Shown: piece after piece, positions 26,401 through 37,455 of the stretch | How the letters are laid out: the number at the start of each line of letters is the position of its first letter | Position numbering within the stretch: the stretch's first letter is position 1 | Origin: Felis catus | Lineage: Eukaryota | Direction of reading: 5' to 3' | Length of the DNA stretch: 64,000 nucleotides | Assembly (NCBI RefSeq): GCF_018350175.1 | Contig: NC_058369.1 | Coordinates: 21,330,001-21,394,000, forward strand | The notes under the pieces: model-generated | The model's database searches: none | Told to the model about the DNA's origin: nothing | The model's input: only the letters and a program-made list of their open reading frames with translations | Translations under genes and position numbers: made by a program

Positions 26401-28361
26401 TGAAAGGGTTTTGGAAGATAGTGGTGATGGTTGCACAACATTGTGAGTGTAGTTAAGGCCACTAAATTGTATGCTTAAAAATGGTTCAAAATGTCAAATT
26501 CTATGTCATAGATATTTCACAATAAAAGAAAATTTAAAAATTTAAAAATGAATCAGCAACCTAGATACAAGAGCTAAAATTATAAAACTCCTAGAAAAAA
26601 ACATAGTCATATGTCATCATGAACTTGGATTTGGCACAGGATTCTTAGATAGGACACCAAAAGTACAAGCAACATAAGAAAAAAAAAAAAAAGATAAATT
26701 GGCTTTCATCAACATTAAAAACTTTTGTGTATAACTGGACATTATCAAGAAAGTAAAAAGCCAGGGCACCTGGGTGGCTCAGTCTGTTAAGCATCTGACT
26801 CTGGATTTTGGCTCAGGTCATGATCTCACAGTTTGTGAGTTCGAGCTCCGTGTCTGGCTCTACACTGCCAGTGTGGAGCCTGCTTGGAATTCTCCCCTCC
26901 CCTCCCCTCCCCTCCCCTCCCCTCCCCTCCCCTCCCCTCCCTTTTCTCTCTCTCCCCCCTCTCTGCCCCTCCCCTGCTCATGTTCACTCTATCTTTCAAA
27001 ACAAATAAATAAACTTAAAAAAAAAAAAAGTAAAAAAGCCAAACTATATAGCATGGGAAGAAATATTCGTAAATCATATCTCTGATAAGGAGCTAGTGTC
27101 CAGAAAATAGAAAGAACTCTTAGACCTCAACAACAAAACTACAAAAAACTCAATTAAAAAACGGGCAAAGAGCTTAACAGACATTTCTTGAGGGAAGAAA
27201 TACAAATGGTCAAGAAGCTTATGGGAAGGGACTCTATGTCATTGGTCATCAGGGAAATGCAAACCCAGACTACACTCAGCATTTCACATCCACTAGGATG
27301 GCTAGAATGAGAAAAGTAGAAAGTCACAGGAACTGCTGAGGTTGTGGAGAAACCAGAACTCTTGTGGACTGCTGGTAGGAAAGTAAAATGGTGCAACCAC
27401 TTTGGAGAACGGCATTGTGGTACCTCAGAATGTAAACACAGAATTACCACGTGACCCAGCAATTTCATTCCTACGTATATACGCAAAAGAACTGAGAACA
27501 GAGACTCAAAGACTTGTACCCAAATGTTCATACCAATAGCCAAAAGGTGGAAACAATTCAATACCCACCAGTGAATGACTGGATAAGCAAACTGTGGTGC
27601 ACACATATAACGGAGTATCACTCAGACATAAAAACTGATGAAGTGCTGACACATGCGACCTCAAAAACATCATGCTGAGTGAAAGAAGCCAGACGCGAAA
27701 AGTCACTTATTATATGGTTCCATTTATATGAAATACTTGGAGTAGGCAAATCCATAGAGACAGAAAACACATTGGTGGTTTCCAGGGACTGGATGGAACA
27801 GGGAATGAGGATGATTACTTAATGGTCTGGGGTTTCCTTCTGGGGTGATATGAAATGTTTTGGAACTAGATAGAGATGGGGGTTGCACAACATTGTGAAT
27901 GTACTAAATGCAATTAATGGCTTACTTTAAAATGGTTAACTTGATGTTATGTAACTTGCTTTGAATACCTACTATTTTAATAGTTGCTAAAATACATACC
28001 CTTTAAAACGAAACATACCATTACATATGTCTTGGAGCCCTCAGAAGAGTGAGGCTGGAGGGGAAAGACTTTATGATTTGATTCAGCCTTTCCAGAAACC
28101 ACTGCAGCAACAGGTTTCGATTTAGAGTCACCATTTTTAATATTATTTTTGGAGGTCTTTCTTTATGAGGAAGAAAAGAAAAAAATTATCATCAGTATAG
28201 TGAAAATTAAAGGCTTTTACATATATGGAGAAATGTGTGTATGTATTATAAGAACCATAGAACTACTCCATTTAGAGAGAATAGTCTTCCAAAAACCAGG
28301 CAGCAGCATTCTGCAAAACACCTGACCAGTACTTTTGTTTTTAATGTTTATTTATTTATTT

Positions 28362-28420
<59 letters not shown>

Positions 28421-28432
28421 GAGCAGGGGAGG

Positions 28433-28466
<34 letters not shown>

Positions 28467-31400
28467 CCTAAGCAAGCTCCGTGCTGCCAGCATACAGCCT
28501 GATGCAGGGGCTCAATCTCATGAAACATGAGGTCATGACCTGAGCCAAAATCCAGAGTTGGATACTTAACCAGACTGAGCCACCCAGGCATCCCTGACCA
28601 GTACTCTTCAAAAACAATCAAGGTCATGAAAAACAAAGAAAGTGAGAAACTGTCACAGACACAAGGTGACTAAGGAGACAGGAGGACTAAATGTAGTATG
28701 ATATCCTGGATTGGATCCTGGCAGAAAAAGGACATTAGTAGAAAAACTAGCGAAAGCCAAATAAAGTCTGGAGTTCAGTCAACAGTAAGGCACTGATGCC
28801 ATTTATGGTATGTCAATGTTTACAACAGGAGAAACTGGGTGACGGGTATACATAAACTCTCTGTGCTCTCTCTGCAACTTGTCTGTAAATACAAGACTAT
28901 TCCAAAATAAAAAATCTATGAGAAATTACCTTATGTACAGAAGAACCGGCATAATTTTCAAGTTTCATATGTTTGTGATTAAATCACAACTGCTTTGCCA
29001 AGTTTCAGAGTATGCTCAGCCTGGACTTGCAGAATAAAAGTGTAGAGGATTAATATCCCCAACTCTTTTAGTGTGACATTTCTACAACTGAGCTAACTAA
29101 TAACCCTTTGGAGAATTCAATGGGAGGGTGAGACCAGTGCTGTGGAAGGCCAAAGGTCTGTTTGGTGCCAAATTATAGACAATGTAAATAAAAAGATGGT
29201 CTTTCTTTATCCCCTGGGGCCTCTCCAGTATTGCTCTCAAATCTAACGTGTCACAAGACACAGATCACGAAGCTCTTGTCCAGCCCTAACTCTTAGATCC
29301 TGAAACAGCTGTTTAGTGAAGGTAACACCTGCCAAAGAAACTTTTCTCTTGAGAAATTTATATGAGTGAAGAGGGAAACTTACAAAAGCTCTCAAATTTG
29401 AGCGCTCATTCTTAAACATGACTATTATCTTACATGGCACGTAATGTAAGAGGCTTCTTAGACAATCTCACTTTCATATGGTTTCTAAAATATATATTCT
29501 TTTGAAAGAATTGTAATTGATAGGTCTTGGAATCCTCTGAGGAATTTAAAGTCATTCTCTAAATGGTTCCTTATATTTCTGATTTTAGCAATTAAGTAAA
29601 CCTCAACACATGCCATAATCACACAATTTTCCTTCATGTTTAAAAACAAAAAATCACCGGGGCACCTGGGTGGCTCAGCCCATGAAGCATCTGACTCTTG
29701 ATTTCGGCTCAGGTCATGATCTCGAGGTTCGTGAGTTCAAGCCCCTCGTCGGGCTCTCTGCTGACAGTACAGATTCTCTCTCCCCCTCTCTCTCTGCCCT
29801 CACCGGCTCGTTCGCATGCACTCTCTCACTCTCACTCTCTCAAAATAAATAAATAAACTTAAGAAAATAATAAATAAAAATTTAAAAATCACCATAAATT
29901 CTAACATACAAAAATTATACAAGCTACCTTCTTTTACTCCGTCTATCTAGCCACCTATTTGCAAGGGAAGTATCTTACGCCTTTGTGGCCTCCAAAAACA
30001 AAGAGATTTGGCGCTTTATGTAAGGCTGCCTCAGGATGCTCCTCGCAGAGGGTCTTTCTTCAGGCCTTTTGCTCAGCATTGTTCTTATTAGTTCTGCTAG
30101 TTCTGGACTATAGTCTTTCGGCATCGGCGGCAGCTACAAAGAGAAATGATATCACAATTACTACTACAATCTTGTGAAGCAAAGTCTGAAAGAAGAGGTA
30201 GAGGTTTCCCAATATTATTGGAAATAATTACCCACAGGAGCATCCGACTTCAGCTCAAGTCACGAACTCACAGTTTGTGAGTTCGAGCCCCACATACAGC
30301 TCTCTGCTGTCAGCACAGAGCCACTTTGGATTCTCTGTCCCCACTTTCTCTCTGCCCCTCCCCTACTCATTCATTTTTTTTCTTTCTCTCTCTCTCAAAA
30401 CTAAACATTAAAAATAAATAAATAAAAGTACCTGTGTGTGTATGTGCATGCCTAATAAAGACATGTATGTTTTCATATAGACAGGAAAATGCTAGGAAGG
30501 CTGCACACACAAGTGTTAGTAATGGTTATCTCCAGAGGATAGATGAGAATCGAAATAAATAAATATTTATTTAAATATAAAAATATTTAAAATTATTTAA
30601 AATTATTAATTAAATAAATAATTATTTAAATTATTATTCAAAATTTAAAAGTACAATTATTAAAATTGTGTGTTTTCAATATTTAAAATTATTTAAAATT
30701 ATTTATTAAAATTATTTAAATTATTATTTAAATATTATTTAAATATTTAAAATTATTATTATTTAATAATAAAATTATTAAAATTATTTAAAATTATTTA
30801 AATTAAAATATTTAAATTATTATAAATAAAATTATGATTTTATTTATAAAATAAAATTATTGATTATTTATTAATTTAAATAAGTTAAAATTATTTATTC
30901 AATATTTAAAATTATTTAATTGACATAATATTAAAATCAGTGAGTGGGTTATAGCTTTAAAACTTAAGGGTGTGTACAGATGCCTCACACTAGAGAGGAC
31001 AACCAGACTTACGGAACTAACACAGAAAGTTGGCCACTCTGGTGTCTATGTTACACACATTGCTTTCTGCAGTTCTTAACTGCTTACTTGTGATTGCGAT
31101 AATCATCAAAGGAGCAACATGTTCAATGAGTAGACTCACTTTATTTTTATTTATTATTATTTTACATTGTTGCAAAGTGTCCTCCAATCACCAGCTACTG
31201 AGAAGCTGGGAATAGAATGGGTACTTCTTGCCCAGAGTAGACTCATTTTAGGTGGGACTCATTTAACCCAAACTACTTATAAGATGCTACCAATATTCCC
31301 TCAGGGCACCTGCACATTCTGTGGTTACAAGGTAGAGGTTTTCAAAAAGCCAACTCTTCAGAACGATTAAGCCACCTTCACAAATTAATATTAAAAAATA

Positions 31401-34400
31401 TTAATCCCCTCTGTTTCTTTTTTTTAAATATATATATTTTAGAGACAGAGAGAGAGAGACAAAGTGTGAGTGGGGAAGGGGCAGACAGAGAGGGCAACAC
31501 AGAAGCCAAAGAGGCTCCAGGCCCTGATCTGTCAGCCCAGAGCCCAATGTGGGGCTTGAACCCATGAGCCATACGATCATGACCTGAGTCGAAGTCGGAC
31601 ACTCAACTGACTGAGCCACCCAGGCGCCCCTAATCCTGTCTGTTTCTAGTTCAACCTTCCCCACAGAAGGGACCTACCATTCTTACCTATCCAACTGACA
31701 TCAATGATTACTCATTTTTGCCAATAGCTACTTACAAAGGTGCATTAAAGTAACTTTGCTCCAAATATTAAAACAATTAGTTCCAGAATATTCTTTACCT
31801 TTCCTTCAATAATCCGATAAACTAAAGAATTCATGTCTTTTGCATTGAAAGCATGCTTCAGGGTGGCCATTTCATAAACACAGCATCCCAGAGCCCAAAC
31901 ATCAGACTAGAAAAGAAAAACAGTAAACAGTTAAATGTCGGAATGCCTTACTTATATTTTACCTCTTAAAAAAACAAAAACAAAACCAGACATTTTCCTT
32001 GAGCCAATTCACAGATAATTCTTCTATCTGATGGGTTCTGAAGTTACGAATACTGTCCTAGAGACAAGGTGAACTGGCATATGCAGCCCAATCCTACCTT
32101 ATAGTTGTAGGGTTTGTTCGAAAACAGTTCAGGGCTCATGTAATAAGGTGTGCCGATAAGAGTGCTGGCCATGTCACAGTGGTTCTCTAACACCCGGGCA
32201 ATTCCCAAATCACCCACTTTGATGATGTTTGTTCTTGTCAGGAAGACATTTTGAGTTTTCAGATCTCGGTGAAGGATGTGTTTTTCATGTAAATACTGAG
32301 CACAGAAATAAAACTTCATTAAATATTAATATACTGACCTACTTACTTATTCCTGTCTTCTTACATACCAGCAACAATTGCGTGAGTTAAATAATCTCAG
32401 TTATCTACATAACAAAACACTATTGTTTTACAAAATCTCTAAACAAAAAGTCTGATTCACAACTTTCCAAAGCAAGGAATTAAGTTCCATGCATAGTGTG
32501 CCCAATAATCTTCAAAATTGTTCCCGGTGCCTTGACAATGTTACCATTTAGCATTAAATAGTTCCAGTTAAAATACACTTACAAATTCCCACTGAAGGTA
32601 GAAAGACAACTTGTACAGAGTCAGATACACATTCCCTCACACTCATGAAATCTTCAGCTTAATAACATTTTCAAATATAACCAGATAACTCTTATTTAGA
32701 GAGAGTACCTTAGAATTTAAACAAGGTCAATCATCTCTGGACAAGTCTGCTCAGCTCCAGAGTAGTATTTCATAAACAGTCTCACTTTTGACTATGCGTA
32801 TATTCAAACACAAACATATCTTGCATTTCTACTCACTCTGCCACAGCAGGGTTAAAGCCCAAATCCCCACAGTTTCGGCATTTAATTAACCCAACCACCT
32901 TGCGGTATGACATAGCTGACCAGCTGGTAACAGAAACGGTCATTCTTTGCTCTTTGTCGACTCAGGGCCCTTAAAATTGATTTTGCTATAAATATTAAGT
33001 GAATAGAGAACTGGCATCCCCCGCAAACCGAAATCCATGTCTACCTCAACACAGACATCATTTATTCAGAAACACTCGAATGCTATGGCGAGAGGGACTG
33101 GGTCCACCTCATAAATGGATTTTTTTTTTTCATGAAGCATTTTCCTAAAATCCACCTGCCCTCCGCCTGTCACCTTGGAGCAAATGGAATGCTGGGAGTC
33201 TGGACAGTACCTGCAGAGCCATGGCGATCTGAACAAACCACTCCACCACCTGACTCTCAGGCAGAAGCCGCCCCTTCTGTTCTTTGAGCTTTCGGTACAG
33301 ATCACCTCCTTCGCAGAAGCCCATGACGATGTACAGCAGACCGTCCCCTCCCTCCCATGACTCCTTGTAGGTGACAATGTTAGGGTGCTTCAACTGAGAC
33401 AGGAGCTGAGCTTCCTGTTCAGCAGCGCGCCGCTCTCGGCTAGAGGCGTTTCGGAGGTTCAGCTTTTTGATGACATACTACAGAGAAAACATATGATTTT
33501 ACAGTGTGCATATAAGCATACAGTTTTATAGGTTTAAGAGTATTTAAGGGTTCTCCTGAATGTCCTCAAAACCAACCTCCCGGAGCCTATCAGATAACCT
33601 ATTCATTTTGTCATTCACAAAGCGCAAAATTGGGAAAAAGATTTGCTATCACTTACTAATACTTTCAACAGGTTGGACTTATAGCAGACTGGAGGGTCAC
33701 AAAAAATTTATACTTCCCATCTGCATTTTATAATTTCATTAATGGATAAAAGAGGAGTCCATGTGAACATACAACTGGATCAATCGTAAAATCCGTGATA
33801 GAGATTCCTTAACCTCTAAGTTTCCCCTACAAAAGTATATAATATATGGCTTGAAAATACAGCTGCAGACAGAATGGGTCCACAGATTGCATTAGATAAT
33901 CAAAGGGATCCATGGCCTAATAAGGTTAAAAATCACTGATTCTCAACATTAAAAATTATTCCCATCAAAAAAAAAAAAAAAATCAGGATCCTCTGACACC
34001 GAATACATTGCCCTTGACCAATTCATTATTCAACAAACACATATATAAATGTGCTTTGTAAAACATAAACTGCTGCTCACATGTGAGGGGCTGTTATTAC
34101 AACCAATACCCCATTCTCCACTCAAAAAAAAATCCAATGACCTCCCCCACCTCCCCGATTTCTGAACAAATCTCTTATGCCTGAACTTGTGTTCCAGGCA
34201 GAGCTACCAGCACCTGACACCAGGCAGAATAGTCTAGAGGGCCTTATACTTGAAGGGACATCTCCTTTCAGCTTGCCTGGGGCACTGTCCCTATCCTGGT
34301 GTCATTATTAATAGCACCTCCCTTTAGTTTCAGAACTGTCCCAGTTTGTATGATACATTATATGGTCACCCTACTTATAAACCACTTTAAAGAACTGGCT

Positions 34401-35212
34401 CATTATCCTGAGGGTCAGGGGATAAAGTGCTTTAAAGAAAGGAGTGGCAACATTAGTGTTAAGTTTTAGAAGGATCACGGAGATGGCAATGAAAGTGATG
34501 GGTTCAAGAGTAAGCCATGTGGCAGGGAGGACCAGTGGAGGCCATGGCCACAACTCAGCTAAAGATAATGATGTCCTGGAATGGGGGAGGCGGGGGGCAC
34601 CACTGGGTAGAGAACAGGCCTGCTGGCTTAGTGGGCAGGTGAATGGTGGCGGTGGTGTGTGTCAAGAATGACTTCCGGGTATGGCCAGCTTGGGCAACTG
34701 GATGGCAAGTGGTACTACTCACTAAAATGGGGACCGTGAAAGGTTTGGCGGGAAGGTGATGAACTGAGTTTTAAGCGAGTCCAGTAGTCTCCAGGTCAGA
34801 TGTATGGGGCCCTTCGTCCAAAGAGTAATCCTTGCCAGGCGCTGTATGAGATTCTAGGAATGAATGATCTCACGGAATTGTCAGAGTGGAGAGGGTGTGT
34901 AGATCAAGCACAACAATTAACACTATAAAGAACTACAGGCAGTTTGGGGCGCATATGACAGTACGGCCTGGCCTACTCTTGGTGGTATGGGGAGGTTTCG
35001 CTGAAGAAGGGACATCCGAAGTGAGTCTCCTTTAGACCTCTCCGCGCCTAGCCTTTGAACAGAGGCCTCGGCATACCGCTGCCTGCCCTCCACCCCTGCC
35101 GGGCCCCAACCCCGCCGACCTGCCTGCCGTCCCGCCGGTGCCTCACGAGCGTCACCTCCCCGTAGCTGCCCCTGCCCACGACCCGCAGGTAGCAGTAGGC
35201 GGCCAGGGGCAT
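13281..35212 (-). CDS. NEK4: Serine/threonine kinase NEK4, coding exons 1-14; terminal exon not in window
   Basis: Join (minus) of 35212-35120, 33477-33211, 32295-32098, 31906-31799, 30133-29979, 28160-28019, 25883-25506, 19226-19056, 18547-18395, 17929-17863, 17080-16971, 15643-15555, 14077-13872 and 13414-13281 gives 2271 nt, open, all GT-AG. Begins [20 protein letters not shown]; kinase motifs [11 protein letters not shown] and [10 protein letters not shown]-terminal [14 protein letters not shown]. Confidence 0.96.
13872..14077 (-). CDS. NEK4: NEK4 exon 13
   Basis: [21 protein letters not shown]...[28 protein letters not shown]. Confidence 0.92.
14548..14771 (+). mobile_element. Young Can-SINE with 19-bp TSD
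   Basis: TSD AAGAATATCAAGCAATACA at 14528-14546 and 14772-14790. Confidence 0.95.
15555..15643 (-). CDS. NEK4: NEK4 exon 12
   Basis: [29 protein letters not shown]. Confidence 0.9.
16639..16841 (+). mobile_element. Can-SINE
   Basis: (CT)n and long poly(A). Confidence 0.9.
16971..17080 (-). CDS. NEK4: NEK4 exon 11
   Basis: [37 protein letters not shown]. Confidence 0.9.
17240..17430 (+). mobile_element. MIR
   Basis: MIR core CTGTGACCCTGGGCAAG...CCTCAGTTTCCTCAGCTGCAAAATGG. Confidence 0.75.
17863..17929 (-). CDS. NEK4: NEK4 exon 10
   Basis: [22 protein letters not shown]; donor GTAAAG. Confidence 0.9.
18395..18547 (-). CDS. NEK4: NEK4 exon 9
   Basis: [17 protein letters not shown]...EVPSSK. 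Confidence 0.88.
19056..19226 (-). CDS. NEK4: NEK4 exon 8
   Basis: [11 protein letters not shown]...[15 protein letters not shown]...GDLFE; donor GTAAGT. Confidence 0.88.
19995..20205 (-). mobile_element. Can-SINE
   Basis: Reverse-complement SINE. Confidence 0.88.
20377..20614 (-). mobile_element. Can-SINE with (GA)n
   Basis: Reverse-complement SINE; TSD TGAGGTTGCTTT. Confidence 0.9.
21080..24380 (+). mobile_element. Old L1 (L1MB-like) with nested SINEs (21278-21471, 21889-22097, 24108-24319) and Tigger1
   Basis: Decayed ORF2 and 3' UTR continuous across the insertions. Confidence 0.75.
23265..23999 (+). mobile_element. Tigger1-type DNA transposon, internally deleted
   Basis: Terminal inverted repeats (T/C)AGGC.TACCTC... 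and ...GAAGTATGCCTG followed by TA; Tigger1-like left and right arms. Confidence 0.85.
25148..25359 (-). mobile_element. Can-SINE
   Basis: Reverse-complement SINE. Confidence 0.9.
25506..25883 (-). CDS. NEK4: NEK4 exon 7
   Basis: [11 protein letters not shown]...NTDQKPKDQ; donor GTGAGT. Confidence 0.9.
25960..27960 (+). mobile_element. Two old L1 3' fragments with nested SINE 26764-27029 containing (CCCCT)n
   Basis: Decayed L1 3' ends. Confidence 0.72.
28019..28160 (-). CDS. NEK4: NEK4 exon 6
   Basis: [30 protein letters not shown]...SKTYVM; restores phase; donor GTATGT. Confidence 0.88.
28333..28594 (-). mobile_element. Can-SINE with expanded (GA)n
   Basis: TSD CCTGACCAGTACT. Confidence 0.9.
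29659..29878 (+). mobile_element. Can-SINE
   Basis: Head, CT tract and tail. Confidence 0.9.
29979..30133 (-). CDS. NEK4: NEK4 exon 5
   Basis: [51 protein letters not shown]; donor GTAAGA. Confidence 0.94.
30237..30427 (+). mobile_element. Can-SINE (5'-truncated)
   Basis: Partial head, CT tract and tail. Confidence 0.85.
30555..30935. repeat. AT-rich low-complexity tract built from TTAAAATTAT-like units
   Basis: Seen directly. Confidence 0.9.
31417..31630 (-). mobile_element. Can-SINE
   Basis: Reverse-complement SINE. Confidence 0.9.
31799..31906 (-). CDS. NEK4: NEK4 exon 4
   Basis: [36 protein letters not shown]. Confidence 0.95.
32098..32295 (-). CDS. NEK4: NEK4 exon 3
   Basis: [19 protein letters not shown]...[19 protein letters not shown]. 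Confidence 0.96.
33211..33477 (-). CDS. NEK4: NEK4 exon 2
   Basis: [35 protein letters not shown]...[13 protein letters not shown] flanks. Confidence 0.95.
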
Positions 35213-35600
35213 GTTCCCGGCGCCGGCCCAAAGCTGGGATGCGGCGGCAGCGGCGGCCAGGGTAGCGGGCCGCGGCGGGAGACCCCGCTCATGCCCGAGA
35301 AGCCGCGGTACTGGAGGCTGCGGAGACGGCCGGGCCCCGATGCGAGTACGGAAGCCGGGCCCACAGCGACGCCGCTGCCATAGCGATCCCAGCCAACGCA
35401 GCACCGCGCACGCTCCGGCGGCCCGGAAACATCCACCACAGAGCCGAAGCGCCAGGCAGCCAGAGCGGTTCCGCTATCCGGGAGGACCGCCATAGAGCCC
35501 AGGCTCAGGACGGCCAGAGCGACTCCTCTGGTCCTTGCGCGCGGACCTTGTGCTTCGGTTCCACCGCCGGGAACTTCCGGGTGCGAGCAACAATAAAAGC
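35040..35600. promoter_or_regulatory. CpG island / NEK4 promoter and 5' UTR, with ETS (GABP-type) motif ACTTCCGG at 35573-35580
   Basis: Very GC- and CpG-dense stretch over exon 1 in an otherwise AT-rich region. Confidence 0.85.
35120..35212 (-). CDS. NEK4: NEK4 exon 1 (coding part)
   Basis: [31 protein letters not shown], donor GTCGGC. Confidence 0.95.
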
Positions 35601-35984
35601 AGGGAAGTTTCCACCTACCGTGATCTAAGTGCTTTGAAAGTATTGGTCCTTCTTTTTACAAATAATTTATCGACCGCCTACCGTGTGCCAGGCCGACAAA
35701 GTCCCTGTCCTCCTGAGATTCCCATTCTAATCGAGGATGACAGACTAGATTCTACAACTAAACATTTGTTACGTTTGCTTTTTCACACAATGGTTCAGGT
35801 ATGCATCTAGCAATACATCTTATTTTTATGCATTTCAAAAGAAATTGAGGAGACCAGTACATTTCCCCCTAAACACTTAAGCTTGTGCATTAAGAAATGC
35901 AAAGAACTCTCATAACCATCCAAGCCACTGCACTGTGATTTGGCCAAATTCTGGCATGGTTTTTAACAGCTTGAGGTAGTGTCT

Positions 35985-37455
35985 GTAGGAGGACCCTCCT
36001 TAAAAGGCCCGTGTGTGAAAGTTCAAAGCTGCCAAAAGAATTTATCGTTTGACACAGCAGACACCTCCCTTCCCTTTCCTAGAGCATTTACCTAAAAGTT
36101 TACAATTGTGAATCTTTCCTATGTCCCTGTTAGATAGATACATGGGTATCTCCTGCAACCAAGAGCACCTTTCTCAAGGACCTATACTCCACCCCTTTGA
36201 AGTGTAAGGTTTGCCTACATCCAAGAACCAGTTTTTGCCCAGTTGCAGGCAATATCGCCCCTGTTGAGAATGGGTAATGTTAACAGAAATTCAACCCAAC
36301 AAATTTGAAGATCGAATTGACTCTATCAAGCAATTCGTGAATCAGGCAGCATCCTATATGGCAAGTAGAGAGATGCTCTAAGGAGTTGTTCAAAAGGGAA
36401 GGTTTTTACTCAAACTAAGGCAGGGCAAGGAAGTTATCTGAAAGAAAGGATTGTTTCAGGTCAGGACATAATTTTTTGTGAGGAAGGGAGTGGTGGGGTT
36501 TTTAATTATACAGATTATCTCACTTAGTGCTGATCAGGAATTTCAGATTGACTGACAGAAGGTCACATTCTTGGGTTTGGTTGAAACTGTAATTAATTTT
36601 TGGTTTGCTCTTGGGGGCAGTGGAGGGGGCAAATGACTCCATCTGGGGCTTGTTGTCTCTTTTTTAATAATACTATTACCCCCAGAAAGTTAATTTATTA
36701 TTTTCCCCAGTTAATCCCCACTTCCCCATTAGAGCCAAGTACATTAGCTCCTTTAATCCTTATATCAACCCTATGAGGCTGATACTTTTATCATCTTCAT
36801 TTTACAGTTAAGGAAATTGAATCTCTGGGAAGTTAAGAAACTCATGCTAATGGAGAGAATAAAATGGAGTCAGCATTGCTAAGAGGATTATTTAAAATTG
36901 GGGCACCTGGCTGGCTCAGTTGGAAGAGCATGCAGCTGTTGATCTTGGGGTCATAGGTTGGTGCCCCACACTGGGTGTAGATATTACTGAAATAAATTTT
37001 TAAAAATAACTTAAACATTTTTTAAATAAATAAATAAAGGAACCAGGAGGAAATAAAAAAGGAACCAGGAATAAAAAAAAAATGGAACCAGGAGGATGTT
37101 GAGGATGTGGAGCCTTCTGTCTCAAATTCTTGGAATTTTTGCTGAATTCAGCTAAAAGCCAAGGCAGCTGCTACATGTGAAAATGGACATAAATGGACTT
37201 TCTGCCTAACACTAGCCCTAGCAAGCAATCACATATATGTTATTATAACTATAGCTATACTCGCACAAGTTACATTTTGTTAAAAACAACTATGTATGTA
37301 AATCCTCTCTTCCTTCTTTAGAAACTCTTAATTCCTTTGTCTCTCCAGAGCATGCTTTCAATTTCAATCGAATCTCTGTCTCCTGGATTGCAATCTGTAA
37401 AACCCCAAATAAACACATATTTTATTTTGTAGCTTGCAACTTTCTCTTTCATTGG
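35985..37455. mobile_element. Cluster of old ERV1-like LTR fragments with a short SINE at 36900-37040
   Basis: TG...CA-like ends and LTR-typical AAAATGGAGTC, GACTCCAT and TTCTCAAGGACCT motifs; family not determined. Confidence 0.5.
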
